From an uncultured Candidatus Saccharibacteria bacterium (GTDB taxonomy: Bacteria; Patescibacteriota; Minisyncoccia; Minisyncoccales; MHMH01): 64,000 nt of DNA. Positions 24,948 to 34,297 of this stretch are shown here, piece after piece (the stretch's first letter is position 1; each line of letters begins with the position of its first letter). Position numbers and translations under genes: made by a program. The stretch spans positions 586 through 64,585 of the forward strand of contig CAYZXA010000002.1 of the NCBI GenBank assembly GCA_964482335.1. The letters are read 5' to 3'. The notes under the pieces were generated by a model. The model saw nothing but the letters and a program-made list of their open reading frames with translations. It did not search any database and was not told the origin of the DNA.

Positions 24948-25028
24948 TTAGAGATACCCGAATATCTCAGCTAAAACGTAAATAACTATTCCAATAAGTA
25001 TTGCCCAAACAAAGATAAATTCTGACAT
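24948..25028 (-). CDS. Candidate 26-aa hydrophobic micro-protein
   Basis: Reads MSEFIFVWAILIGIVIYVLAEIFGYL. Its ATG is 2 nt after the stop of the M23 peptidase gene, and its stop abuts the hairpin. It is too short for the ORF track, and there is no other support. Confidence 0.3.
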   Translation of the reverse strand: MSEFIFVWAILIGIVIYVLAEIFGYL

Positions 25029-25030
25029 CT

Positions 25031-26119
25031 TTATCTAAAAGGATTTATGGCGCCGCTCATTCCGAAGTGAACATGACAGCCGGTAGAAGAGCCTGCTCCC
25101 GGCGTTCCTGGTGCTCCGCCCATTAAAGCTATTATCTGACCTTGGGAAACATAATCTCCGGGATTTACCAAACTTGCTTGGATGTGTCCATACATTGTTA
25201 CTACGCCATTGGGATGCAAGATGGTTAAATGATTACCAGCTCCCCCAAAAGCCCATATGGACCTGGAACTTGTTAGTTTGACTTTAAGAACAGTGCCGGC
25301 AGCTGCTGCGAGAATCGGTTCGCCGCATTTGCCGTGTGAGAAATCAATGGCATTGTACCAGTGAAGACCCTGGGTAATGCGGCAAGGCGGAGAAATCGGG
25401 CAGATGAAATAGCTTGAAGCTATAGGAACGTAAGTTGGAGCATAAATTGCTGGAGGCGGCATAACACCGTCTGGCACAATTAAAACGTCACCGATGTAAA
25501 TATCATCCTCTGTCATTAAATCGTTAAAGGCAACAATTTTATCTACTTCTGTCTTGTAAGTCTTGGCAACCTGGCCTAAAGTATCACCACTTTTAACATG
25601 GTGGACAATTCCTGTGGTTGGCAAAACAATCAATTTTTGGCCAATCTGAATCACGGTATATTTGTTTAAGTCGTTGGCCCAGAGAATAGTGTCTAAAGAA
25701 ACATCAAACTTTTCAGCAATTGACCCAAGATTATCTCCTGGCTGCACAATATATTCAACAACTTCTTTCTGATCCCATTCGTAGTTAAAATTGCCCACTA
25801 AAGCTCCTAGAACCTGGGGAGTGACCATAATGGGAGGGGAAACAGCAGCTAAGCTGTTTTGCTGGATTAAACTTAAATCAGGCGATTCTATAATGCTGGC
25901 TCCTGGCACAACAAAAGGGCTCTCACTATCTTGAGAACCCTGGTTAAAGATAAAAATACTACTATTGCTAACAAAAGAAGGGGTAGTAAAAGAAACAACC
26001 CCAAATAAAACAACAGAAACTATGGTCAAATAAAGGAAAGGGTCTTTTTTAGAACCCTTGTATCTTTTCAGCCAAACTAAAATTTTGGAAGCATATCTTC
26101 TAAATAGCAATGTATCCAT
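25031..26119 (-). CDS. LysM-domain M23 family metallopeptidase
   Basis: 362 aa with an N-terminal TM helix and two LysM repeats (YIVQPGDNLGSIAEKF.., HHVKSGDTLGQVAKTY..). M23 motifs are HLTILHPNG..MYGH and GCHVHF. Confidence 0.85.
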   Translation of the reverse strand: MDTLLFRRYASKILVWLKRYKGSKKDPFLYLTIVSVVLFGVVSFTTPSFVSNSSIFIFNQGSQDSESPFVVPGASIIESPDLSLIQQNSLAAVSPPIMVTPQVLGALVGNFNYEWDQKEVVEYIVQPGDNLGSIAEKFDVSLDTILWANDLNKYTVIQIGQKLIVLPTTGIVHHVKSGDTLGQVAKTYKTEVDKIVAFNDLMTEDDIYIGDVLIVPDGVMPPPAIYAPTYVPIASSYFICPISPPCRITQGLHWYNAIDFSHGKCGEPILAAAAGTVLKVKLTSSRSIWAFGGAGNHLTILHPNGVVTMYGHIQASLVNPGDYVSQGQIIALMGGAPGTPGAGSSTGCHVHFGMSGAINPFR

Positions 26120-26208
26120 ATATTCTTGCTCCTATTTTTAGCATAACATTTAGCGCTTCACAGTCAAGCTGCTTATCCACACCTGTAAAATCGTGTTAAA
26201 ATACAAAA

Positions 26209-26991
26209 ATGCTCAAAAAGCAAGGCGTCCGTCCACTAAAAAGGCTAGGCCAAAACTTTCTAATCAATAAAGGGGTGCTCAAAATAATCATTGAAGCAGC
26301 CAGTCTCAGTCCAGAAGACACGGTTCTGGAAATTGGCCCAGGAACCGGTGTTTTAACTTTGGCCTTAGTTGAAAGAGTAAAAAAGGTTATTGCTGTTGAG
26401 AAAGACATAAGGATGATTAAGGTTTTAAAAGAAGCTTTGAAAAATTTTAAAAATGTAGAAATTATCCAAGGAGATATTCTAAAGGTGAACTTAAGAGTCA
26501 AAAACTATAAGGTTGTCGGTAACCTGCCTTTTTATTTAACTGCGCCTGTAATTCGCAAATTCCTTGAAATGAGAGAGGCTAAACCTCAATCAATGGTGCT
26601 AATAGTACAAAAAGAAGTGGCTCAGAGAATTTGTTCTAAACCCCCTCGCATGAATCTTTTAGCAGTCTCGGTTCAGTTTTATGCAGAATCTAAAATCATT
26701 TCTTATGTTTCTAAAAAATCTTTCTGGCCGCAGCCAGAAGTTGACGCAGCTGTTATTAAAATAACTCCTACTGCTCCTCCTATAGGGAAGAGAGATTTGT
26801 TCTTCAAGATCGTTAAAGCTGGATTTTCTCAACCCAGAAAACAATTAATCAATAATTTATCAAAAGGTCTAAAAATGAACAAAGAAGAGGTAAAAGCCTG
26901 GCTCAAAAAAAACAAAATCTCTCACATTCAAAGAGCAGAAACCCTAAAAATTGAAGATTGGTTAAAATTAACTAAAAGTTATAGTCCTTGA
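26209..26991 (+). CDS. rsmA: 16S rRNA (adenine1518/1519-N6)-dimethyltransferase
   Basis: 260 aa with the LGQNFL and EIGPGTGVLT motifs. Confidence 0.9.
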   Translation: MLKKQGVRPLKRLGQNFLINKGVLKIIIEAASLSPEDTVLEIGPGTGVLTLALVERVKKVIAVEKDIRMIKVLKEALKNFKNVEIIQGDILKVNLRVKNYKVVGNLPFYLTAPVIRKFLEMREAKPQSMVLIVQKEVAQRICSKPPRMNLLAVSVQFYAESKIISYVSKKSFWPQPEVDAAVIKITPTAPPIGKRDLFFKIVKAGFSQPRKQLINNLSKGLKMNKEEVKAWLKKNKISHIQRAETLKIEDWLKLTKSYSP

Positions 26992-27078
26992 CAGTTAATA
27001 AAAAATGTGACAAAATAAGAAAGCGTGGAGGCTAACTCTCCACAATTAAAAACAAAATAATGAAGGAGGCGAAAGAAA

Positions 27079-27894
27079 ATGAAGAAGTGCTTGATATTCT
27101 TATTGGCTTTAATAGTCATCTTGAATGGAACACTGATTGGTTGCTCCTGCGAAAATGGTGACGGAGAACCAAGTAGTGAAACAATGGGAACAATTGATGT
27201 GCCAGAAGGAGGAAAAATCAAAGTTGTCTCTAAGCTGCCGGCAGAATTAAAGCTTACTTTGGAAGAACTAGGAATAGATCAATACTTCCAGCTGGTTTTT
27301 GCTGGAAAAGTGAAAAATATATCTAGTTACAGTGTAAGTTTTGACAAAATCTCATTTATTCTGGACGGAGAAGAAATAGCCTACCGGCGTACTTGGTTTG
27401 ATGACCCTTCAAGGTCTGACTATAAACCTTTAGGGCCTGGTGAGGAATTGGAGTTCTATTTTGGTAAAATACTAGGCGTAGAGAAAACACAGAAAGCGAA
27501 ACTCCTGGAAGTGAAAGCTGTAAACTTCCAAATAATTGGAGGCTCAACAACGCCAACAAAACCAACACCATCGGAGCCAACAGAGCCAGAGATGACGACA
27601 GAAGAAGTGCTAATAAAGTGGTTTGATTTAATGAAAAAGGAGAAATTCTCAGAGGCCGAAAAGCTTCTTGCTCCAGATTATAAAAAGCATCTTGATTCTT
27701 ACGGCGGTCTAAAGAAAATGTGGCAAGAAAATCCCATGACAGAAATAAAAATATTGGGAACACAGTTTGAAACCAAAACAGCTATTGTTTATGTTATAAT
27801 TACGTTCGAAGACGATACTGTCTGGGACAATGATGCCAGGTTTCGCTTTGAAAAAATAGATAACGAATGGAAAATAGATGAAATCTCGCAATAG
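27079..27894 (+). CDS. Putative lipoprotein
   Basis: 271 aa with a signal peptide carrying the lipobox LIGC. I recognised no other family. Confidence 0.7.
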   Translation: MKKCLIFLLALIVILNGTLIGCSCENGDGEPSSETMGTIDVPEGGKIKVVSKLPAELKLTLEELGIDQYFQLVFAGKVKNISSYSVSFDKISFILDGEEIAYRRTWFDDPSRSDYKPLGPGEELEFYFGKILGVEKTQKAKLLEVKAVNFQIIGGSTTPTKPTPSEPTEPEMTTEEVLIKWFDLMKKEKFSEAEKLLAPDYKKHLDSYGGLKKMWQENPMTEIKILGTQFETKTAIVYVIITFEDDTVWDNDARFRFEKIDNEWKIDEISQ

Positions 27895-27903
27895 GATAAA
27901 TTA

Positions 27904-27932
27904 AAAAGAGGTCTTGGTAAAAGGCCTCTTTT
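27904..27932. terminator. Bidirectional intrinsic terminator between convergent genes
   Basis: Stem AAAGAGGTC / GGCCTCTTT with A/T runs on both sides. Confidence 0.6.
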
Positions 27933-27964
27933 ATAATTAAGCTGGATTTAAAACAATGTCAACA

Positions 27965-29032
27965 TTACTTAATTGGCAATACTCTTAATGAAGAAGCTGC
28001 GTCATTTCCAATGTAGTTATCTGCTGCTAGGTTCGGGTCATTTCGAAGAAAAACTTCGCAGTGATCTGTAAAGTTAGCACCCTCAAAAAGAACAGCCATG
28101 TAACCATCAACAACCTTGATTGAAGAAATTCTATCGTCAAGATCACAACGCCCCCACCCTCCTTCACAATTAATGAATCTATACTCTTTAAAATCTTTAT
28201 ATTCACCCACCGAGAACACTTGATATTGTTTTTCTTTGTCTCGCTCGTTGTATTCTTTATGCTTGTAAACAGTTGCTCCCTTTTTTCCATTTCCCTCTCT
28301 TTGTCTAAATATGGTTATAGAAGAAGCACCATCACCGCCTATTTCAGACCGACGAATGGTATGATTAAGCTGAGAATCACTTAAAACGACTTGACAATCG
28401 TCTTTGTAATCTTTGTCTTCGTGGAAAACTGCTCCGTACCTATCAGTTACCTCTCGGCATCGTGGTTCATCACAATCTTCCGGTTTACATTCTGCCTTAC
28501 ATTTTGTAGGATTTTTAAATTTTACATATAATGGCTTTTGGTTGTTTAACGCTCCTAAATCAGGGGTTGACTTAGTAAAAACCTGACAATCTTCCCTGGC
28601 CGCATCCTTACATAAATAAACTCCTGGTGTATCTTGAGCAACAAGGCCTGATTCTTTCAGTTGAGGACTAATAATAATTAATTGAGGATTAATTGTAGTT
28701 AATAGTAGCCAAGAACCTAAAATAACTACTAAACCAATCAGGCCAGAAAAAATCTGATTATTGGCATCGCCCATGGCTGTCGGATTGCCAGCTGAAGTTA
28801 AATAACGGACTCCGCCATAAACTATCACAACAAAAGCAATTAAACCAGCAATTCCAATACCAAAATTGAAAATATATTTAACATAGGTTGGCAAAAGAGG
28901 TGTTTCGGTAATAGCTGGCTCTTCGCCAATTTGCGGCAAAGGAACTTCTAATTCTCGAGCTAAAGCAAAATTAACCAAGATAAAAATGGCTAGAGCTATA
29001 AGAATAAATATTAAAAGTTTACCAAATCGCAT
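27965..29032 (-). CDS. VirB2-like pilin module fused to a Cys-containing beta/gamma-crystallin-like C-terminal domain
   Basis: 355 aa. The N-terminal ~125 aa (LPTYVKYIFNFGIGIAGLIAFVVIVYGGVRYLTSAGNP..LIGLVVILGSWLLLTTINPQL) parallel 29069..31090. The C-terminus (..ISSIKVVDGYMAVLFEGANFTDHCEVF..NDAASSLRVLP) looks like a Greek-key crystallin motif. Confidence 0.75.
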   Translation of the reverse strand: MRFGKLLIFILIALAIFILVNFALARELEVPLPQIGEEPAITETPLLPTYVKYIFNFGIGIAGLIAFVVIVYGGVRYLTSAGNPTAMGDANNQIFSGLIGLVVILGSWLLLTTINPQLIIISPQLKESGLVAQDTPGVYLCKDAAREDCQVFTKSTPDLGALNNQKPLYVKFKNPTKCKAECKPEDCDEPRCREVTDRYGAVFHEDKDYKDDCQVVLSDSQLNHTIRRSEIGGDGASSITIFRQREGNGKKGATVYKHKEYNERDKEKQYQVFSVGEYKDFKEYRFINCEGGWGRCDLDDRISSIKVVDGYMAVLFEGANFTDHCEVFLRNDPNLAADNYIGNDAASSLRVLPIK

Positions 29033-29068
29033 AGTTATAGATTGTTTAATTATACCACAACTCTTACT

Positions 29069-31090
29069 TTAAAACATCTCAGTTTGGCAGCATAAAAAGT
29101 TATCAAAGATATCTGGTTCTGCTTGGCTGGCGCCATAACATTCGGTTATCTCTTTTCCTTCTTCATTATAAAATGTGACTCCCCAGCCCTTATATTGTTT
29201 TAGCGTAGAGCAATCATAAAGCTCTCTCCAGAGAACTTTTTCTGTGCCTAGTTTTCTCTGAGTTTCCTCTGAATTGTAGCAAGGCCCTAATTGATTTTGG
29301 GCAACGTTTAAATTCTTGAAAATCTCTGATATTTTGAGTTCATCTCCAATTTCTTTTTCTTCAATGAGATTCTTAAGATTTGAGAAAGACATTTCTATTT
29401 CACTGTAATTGTTTTGAATTTGGCTGACAGCAATACCAATCGCCTCAGGATTGGGATGACCCAAACAAACACATGAACAGGAACTACAATACTCGTAAGA
29501 ACAGCTTGAATCACAACAGCCATATTCGCAATCTTCTTCGGCTGCATAAATAATGAGTGGTTTTAACATCCAAAACTCCCACCAACGCCCTCCGGGAGGA
29601 AACTGTTCCCAATCTTCCTCCTCTTCTTCGGGCGGCGGACAACACTCAATACACTGCCAATCACAACAGTCATTGGTTGTCACCATATCAGAAACGCAAT
29701 TATTACAACCACATTCTTCAGCTGATTCAACCAATCTTTCTATAGCTTCTATTTGTGCTAAGGCATTATTATTAATATTATCGAGTTCGACCAACATTTT
29801 TTTAGCTAACTCTTCGGCATTATCAACGGTTTCGCCAATCGCGATCTCGTCTCCGCAAATCATCTCTTCTGTGCTATCGGAGACCTCTAGCTCTACTTGC
29901 TCAAAGTCTTCTGTCCAGCTTATTTCTGGCAGACTTGGCTGAAATATTTCAGCACAATAAAAAGTAGCTAAATAGTAGGAGTTTTCCGAAGAAACATAAT
30001 CAAAAGGATATTCTGGCTCTACGCCTTTAATCTTTTGCTCCTTTTCTAGTGCTTCTCTATATTGCCAAAAATTATTATAACCTAATAAGATTTGATTATT
30101 CCCCTTAGTGTTTGATGAAAGGGAACATTCTTTTACCAGGCCTTCAGCTGATTCTAGATCTTCGTAAACTTGTCTAAAACCAATGACTTTTTCTTCTTCT
30201 TTTGCTTCTTCTGGAGATCCGTTAATCTCAACATCTAATTGTTCCTGCCAATATTTAGAACCCTTGCCGTCTTCTGCTTCTCCTATGGCCATTCTAAGCT
30301 CTTCTTTTTTTCTATTTATGGCTCGCCTTCCTGCTCCAGTACAAGGATCATTTTCTCCATAGGGTTCACCAACACACTGACAATTAGAAACACAATTTTG
30401 ATTTCCATAACAGCTGCCTATATCACAATCTCCATGATCACATAGAGAACATGAACAGGCATCAGTTAATGCTTCCAATTCTTCTGATAGTGTTTTTACT
30501 TCTTCAGATTTGTTTTTTAGTTTTTCTGAGACATCTTTAATCTTTTCCGTTCTCTCTTCGGAAAACAATTCTTCAACTAATCCACCAATTGAAATTTCAG
30601 TATAATACAGGATTTCTTTTTCTTTTGGTTCAGGCCGGATAAGCGGCTCTTCTGGCAAAATCACTCTTTCTGGAATACCTAAAAAAACCAACTGCGGGTT
30701 GATAGTGGTTAAAATTAAATAGGAACCGACCAAAACTGCCAAACCTAAAAAAGCAGCAAAGATCTGATCTCTAGCATCTCCCATCTTGGTTGGATTGCCG
30801 GCTGAAGTTAAATAGCGGAAACCGCCATAAACTAAAACAATAAAAACAATTAAACCAGCAATTCCTAAAGAAAAATTAAAAATATATTTTACATAAGTTG
30901 GTAGGCCAATACTGGTGTCTTCTGGTCTTACCCCGCCAACCTCAGGATATCCAACCTCTAGCTCTCTCTGGACAAACCCCCCTAAATTTTGTGAAACAAA
31001 ACTTGGACGAGCAAAGGTAAAATTGCTGAAAATCAGCATCAAAAAAACAAACAGAACGCAAACTAAAATAATCTTTCTCAACCATCTCAT
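29069..31090 (-). CDS. VirB2-like pilin module fused to a long coiled-coil / Cys-cluster extracellular region
   Basis: 673 aa. It has the same N-terminal two-TM pilin-like module, followed by dense Cys clusters (CSCSLCDHGDCDIGSCYGNQNCVSNCQC; CCDWQCIECC; CCDSSCSYEYCSSCSCVC). Confidence 0.75.
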   Translation of the reverse strand: MRWLRKIILVCVLFVFLMLIFSNFTFARPSFVSQNLGGFVQRELEVGYPEVGGVRPEDTSIGLPTYVKYIFNFSLGIAGLIVFIVLVYGGFRYLTSAGNPTKMGDARDQIFAAFLGLAVLVGSYLILTTINPQLVFLGIPERVILPEEPLIRPEPKEKEILYYTEISIGGLVEELFSEERTEKIKDVSEKLKNKSEEVKTLSEELEALTDACSCSLCDHGDCDIGSCYGNQNCVSNCQCVGEPYGENDPCTGAGRRAINRKKEELRMAIGEAEDGKGSKYWQEQLDVEINGSPEEAKEEEKVIGFRQVYEDLESAEGLVKECSLSSNTKGNNQILLGYNNFWQYREALEKEQKIKGVEPEYPFDYVSSENSYYLATFYCAEIFQPSLPEISWTEDFEQVELEVSDSTEEMICGDEIAIGETVDNAEELAKKMLVELDNINNNALAQIEAIERLVESAEECGCNNCVSDMVTTNDCCDWQCIECCPPPEEEEEDWEQFPPGGRWWEFWMLKPLIIYAAEEDCEYGCCDSSCSYEYCSSCSCVCLGHPNPEAIGIAVSQIQNNYSEIEMSFSNLKNLIEEKEIGDELKISEIFKNLNVAQNQLGPCYNSEETQRKLGTEKVLWRELYDCSTLKQYKGWGVTFYNEEGKEITECYGASQAEPDIFDNFLCCQTEMF

Positions 31091-31206
31091 TACTTAAATA
31101 ATAGCAAATTACACCCCTTCTTACCAAACTTTACCTGGCTTGTTTTTCTTTTGTTTCTTATTTGGTATACTATAGTAAGAACAATAATAAAGTTAGTTTG
31201 ATTTTA

Positions 31207-33012
31207 ATGAGAGTCAAAAGTACAATTATAATTAGCTTTTTGTCAGTTTTTGGTTTGGCTTTGCCTACTTTTTGTCTAGCTCAAGGAGGTGTAATCTTTG
31301 GTGCATTTTTAAGTGTCTTTGCTGTAATATACGGCCTAATTTTCAACATCTTGGGAACAATTACTGGTGCTTTCTTGGGCGCAGCGGTTGCGCTTTTTAA
31401 TTGGGTTTCTTCTGACACTTTTATTTCTCTCTCTTATACTAATGCCGGTCTTTCTCTAGGAGACCCGCACTTTAACCCCTTCATTGAAATTGGCTGGACT
31501 TTAACCAGGGATTTAACTAATATCTTTTTTGTCTTAGCTTTGGTGGTAATTGGTCTAGCTACTGCTCTAAGAATTAATGACTATCAAGCGAAAAAAGCCT
31601 TACCAGTTTTAATTATTATTGCTCTACTAATTAATTTTACCCCAGTAATCTTAGGTTTGATTGTTGATGCGGCAAACATTGTTATGAATTTCTTTGCCCA
31701 GGGTGGATTTTCTGGTGGCAATAATTTTGCTAATTATGCTACGAGACAGTGGGGCAACATGTCAACTTTATTTGGTTTGGGAGAGGCCTGGGATCCATTA
31801 GCTAAAGTTGGAGCTGCTGTAGGAAGTGGTTTTTTGGTTTTCTTTAACCTTATTGCTGCTCTTATTTATTTACTCTTTGCTCTCTTATTTGTTGTTCGCT
31901 ACGTTGCTATCTGGACTTTGACAATTTTATCTCCTTTTGCTTTTGCTTGTTATATTTTCCCAGCAACTAGAAAGATTTTTAGTATGTGGTGGCAGCAATT
32001 TATTCAATGGTCACTCGTTGGAGCAATCGCTGCTTTCTTTTTATATTTGGGAGATCATTTTATTAGAGCAGCAACTGATCCTAATAACCCAATTATGGCT
32101 GGTTCAATGTCAGAAATTGCTGATGCTCAAGGATTAGCTCCAATAATAAACCAAACTCTGCCTTATTTTATTGCTCTTGTCTTTTTATTTATCGGCCTGT
32201 TTGCTTCTTTAACCTTTGCCCCTAAGGGCGCTGACGCCATTATTAAAGGTGGCCAAAAGGGGATAAATAAGGCCAGCACAATAGCTGGTAAAAAATACTG
32301 GGCCGGAGCAAAGGGAGTTGCACGGATTCCAAAAGGGGTGGCGAGTGGCGCAAGTACATATGCAAAGACTCGATCTTTTAAAGCAGCGGCAGGAGCAACA
32401 TGGAAGGGCGTAGCGCATCCAAGTCCAGGAATATTGCAAAGAACGTGGAAAAGAGCCAAAGAACACATGCCAGCCGATGTAAAAGCCGCAGGTAGGGGCC
32501 TTCAAAAGGCTTCGAGAGAAGTGTGGGGAGCTGCTATTGGAAAAAAACCAAAAACGTGGAACTGCACAAAATGTGGTACTACTGATATACCAATTAGCCA
32601 AGCAATATGTCCTAATTGTGGTTCTAAACGTGGCACAAAAGAAACACCACCTTCGTCGCCTTCGCCGCCCTCACTACCTTCATCTCCTTTAAGACCATCG
32701 GGGACACCACCGCCTCCTGGTTATGTTGAAGGAGGCCCTGGTGGGATGGTATTACCATCAAGTCCAAGTCGAATAAGACCATCGACTCCGCCACGCCTAT
32801 CTCTTGCTGAATTAGAAAGGTCTTATGACGATACTAGAATTAAACTAGAAGGCGCTAGAAACGAACTTAAGGCTGGCATAAGAGGATTAAGAAGGGGTAG
32901 TCCCGAATATAAAGCAGTAAGAAAACAAAATGAAACCATAGTTAAACAACTCCAAAAACGACTTAAAAACTTAAATACTGATCTTAAAAAAGCAAGAAAA
33001 CTAGAATCTTAA
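31207..33012 (+). CDS. VirB6/TrbL-like polytopic membrane protein with C-terminal zinc ribbon and Pro-rich tail
   Basis: I trimmed the start to ATG 31207 (the track start is TTG 31162). It has ~8 TM helices, then CTKCG..(x)..CPNCG, then PPSSPSPPSLPSSPLRPSGTPPPPG. Confidence 0.6.
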   Translation: MRVKSTIIISFLSVFGLALPTFCLAQGGVIFGAFLSVFAVIYGLIFNILGTITGAFLGAAVALFNWVSSDTFISLSYTNAGLSLGDPHFNPFIEIGWTLTRDLTNIFFVLALVVIGLATALRINDYQAKKALPVLIIIALLINFTPVILGLIVDAANIVMNFFAQGGFSGGNNFANYATRQWGNMSTLFGLGEAWDPLAKVGAAVGSGFLVFFNLIAALIYLLFALLFVVRYVAIWTLTILSPFAFACYIFPATRKIFSMWWQQFIQWSLVGAIAAFFLYLGDHFIRAATDPNNPIMAGSMSEIADAQGLAPIINQTLPYFIALVFLFIGLFASLTFAPKGADAIIKGGQKGINKASTIAGKKYWAGAKGVARIPKGVASGASTYAKTRSFKAAAGATWKGVAHPSPGILQRTWKRAKEHMPADVKAAGRGLQKASREVWGAAIGKKPKTWNCTKCGTTDIPISQAICPNCGSKRGTKETPPSSPSPPSLPSSPLRPSGTPPPPGYVEGGPGGMVLPSSPSRIRPSTPPRLSLAELERSYDDTRIKLEGARNELKAGIRGLRRGSPEYKAVRKQNETIVKQLQKRLKNLNTDLKKARKLES

Positions 33013-33021
33013 AAAAGAAAA

Positions 33022-33053
33022 AAGGCAAGATCATTAATTAACCTTGCCTTTTC
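33022..33053 (+). terminator. Intrinsic terminator
   Basis: AAGGCAAG-13 nt-CTTGCCTT is followed by TT(C). Confidence 0.55.
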
Positions 33054-33086
33054 AGAAATAAACCGAGGAGCGAAGCAAATAAAGAG

Positions 33087-33314
33087 TTAGAAGTCGGGAG
33101 CTTCATGACTATCAGGGAGAACGCTCTTGTTCTCAGTATACCAGTCTTTAACATTCTTGCTCAGCGTCTCAACCTCTTCGGTCACTTCCTTCAGTCTTTC
33201 CTGCCCATTGCTCACTTTCTTCAAGAGATAAGCCCTTTCTCTCCTCTGACGGATAAGCTTCTGAAGGTTCCGGCCTTCTTTCTTAATTGCGCTATTGCTT
33301 GATAAGCCAAACAT
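33087..33314 (-). CDS. Hypothetical small coiled-coil protein
   Basis: I moved the start to ATG 33314 (MFGLSS..), which has the RBS GGGAGGT 5 nt upstream. 75 aa. Confidence 0.55.
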   Translation of the reverse strand: MFGLSSNSAIKKEGRNLQKLIRQRRERAYLLKKVSNGQERLKEVTEEVETLSKNVKDWYTENKSVLPDSHEAPDF

Positions 33315-33456
33315 TGTTACCTCCCACTTTTTTAAATTTTTGTTCATCCGATGTTTCAGCTTTCTCTATCTGCTTTCTGGCCAAGACTATATCTAACCCT
33401 TCATGTTCTCAGTCCTCCTTTTTACAATATTTTATATTATATACCCATTTTAAAAA

Positions 33457-33885
33457 ATGTCAAGACCTATGTCTAAAAAACGCATAAAAGCAGAGTTTTC
33501 TAAAAAAATACAAGAAATAATCCTCTCTGATAAAACAGCGGAGGACATCGGGAATATTTGCGGAAAGTGTGACATTGCTAATGAAGAGAAAATTGAAAAT
33601 ATTGCCTATCAGATAGGTATAGTCTTATTGGGTAGGTTGTCGCCCGAAAAATTAGCTAAAACACTAGAGAAAAAGGTGAAATTGAAATCAAAAATAGCTA
33701 AAAAAGTCTCTGAAGAAGTAAACAAGCTCATTTTTTCTCCGATAAAAGATGACTTAGCTAAACTTTATGAAAAAGAGGTCTTTGTAAAACCAGTAGTTAA
33801 ACCTGGTAATTCTGTACTTCCTCCACTAAAAGAAGAACCTAAGAGATCTCCAAGAAAAGACACTTATCGTGAACCAATAGAATAA
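33457..33885 (+). CDS. Hypothetical protein, first gene of the plus-strand T4SS-like operon
   Basis: 142 aa with no recognisable motif. It sits 2 nt upstream of the next gene. Confidence 0.6.
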   Translation: MSRPMSKKRIKAEFSKKIQEIILSDKTAEDIGNICGKCDIANEEKIENIAYQIGIVLLGRLSPEKLAKTLEKKVKLKSKIAKKVSEEVNKLIFSPIKDDLAKLYEKEVFVKPVVKPGNSVLPPLKEEPKRSPRKDTYREPIE

Positions 33886-33887
33886 TT

Positions 33888-34295
33888 ATGGATCAATTTA
33901 CTGTCCCTAAGTTTATCGAGCATGAGGCAAAAATAGTTGGGCCTTTTACCTTTAAGCAGTTTGTTTATATTGGGATTGCTGGAGCAATCTGTTTTGTTTT
34001 TTATTTCACGCTTCCTTTCTTTATTTTTATTTTAGCCAGTATCGTCGTAATGTTGGGTGGTTTTGCTTTGGCTTTTTTGAAAAGCGGGGGTAGGTCTCTA
34101 CCGATTCTCTTTAAAAACTTCCTCGGTTTTTCCATGTCTCCTAAAATCTACCTTTGGAAAAAGAAAGGAGGACTGCCTCCAAAAATCGCTGAAAAGTCTT
34201 CAACTGTTTCTAAAGAAGCCGAAGAGACCCCAACGCCCAAAGTTGTTGGTAAAAGCCGTTTAAAAAACCTCTCAACCGAAATTGAAACTAAATAA
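33888..34295 (+). CDS. PrgI-family (VirB3-like) membrane protein
   Basis: 135 aa. The N-terminus FTVPKFIEHEAKIVGPFTFKQFVYIGIAG.. followed by two TM helices is the PrgI pattern. Confidence 0.6.
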   Translation: MDQFTVPKFIEHEAKIVGPFTFKQFVYIGIAGAICFVFYFTLPFFIFILASIVVMLGGFALAFLKSGGRSLPILFKNFLGFSMSPKIYLWKKKGGLPPKIAEKSSTVSKEAEETPTPKVVGKSRLKNLSTEIETK

Positions 34296-34297
34296 CC

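Noticed and set aside
26173-26181. Perfect DnaA box TTATCCACA upstream of rsmA
   Set aside because: It is a single isolated 9-mer far from dnaA. One chance occurrence is expected at about this frequency in 64 kb on two strands. I do not treat it as an origin.
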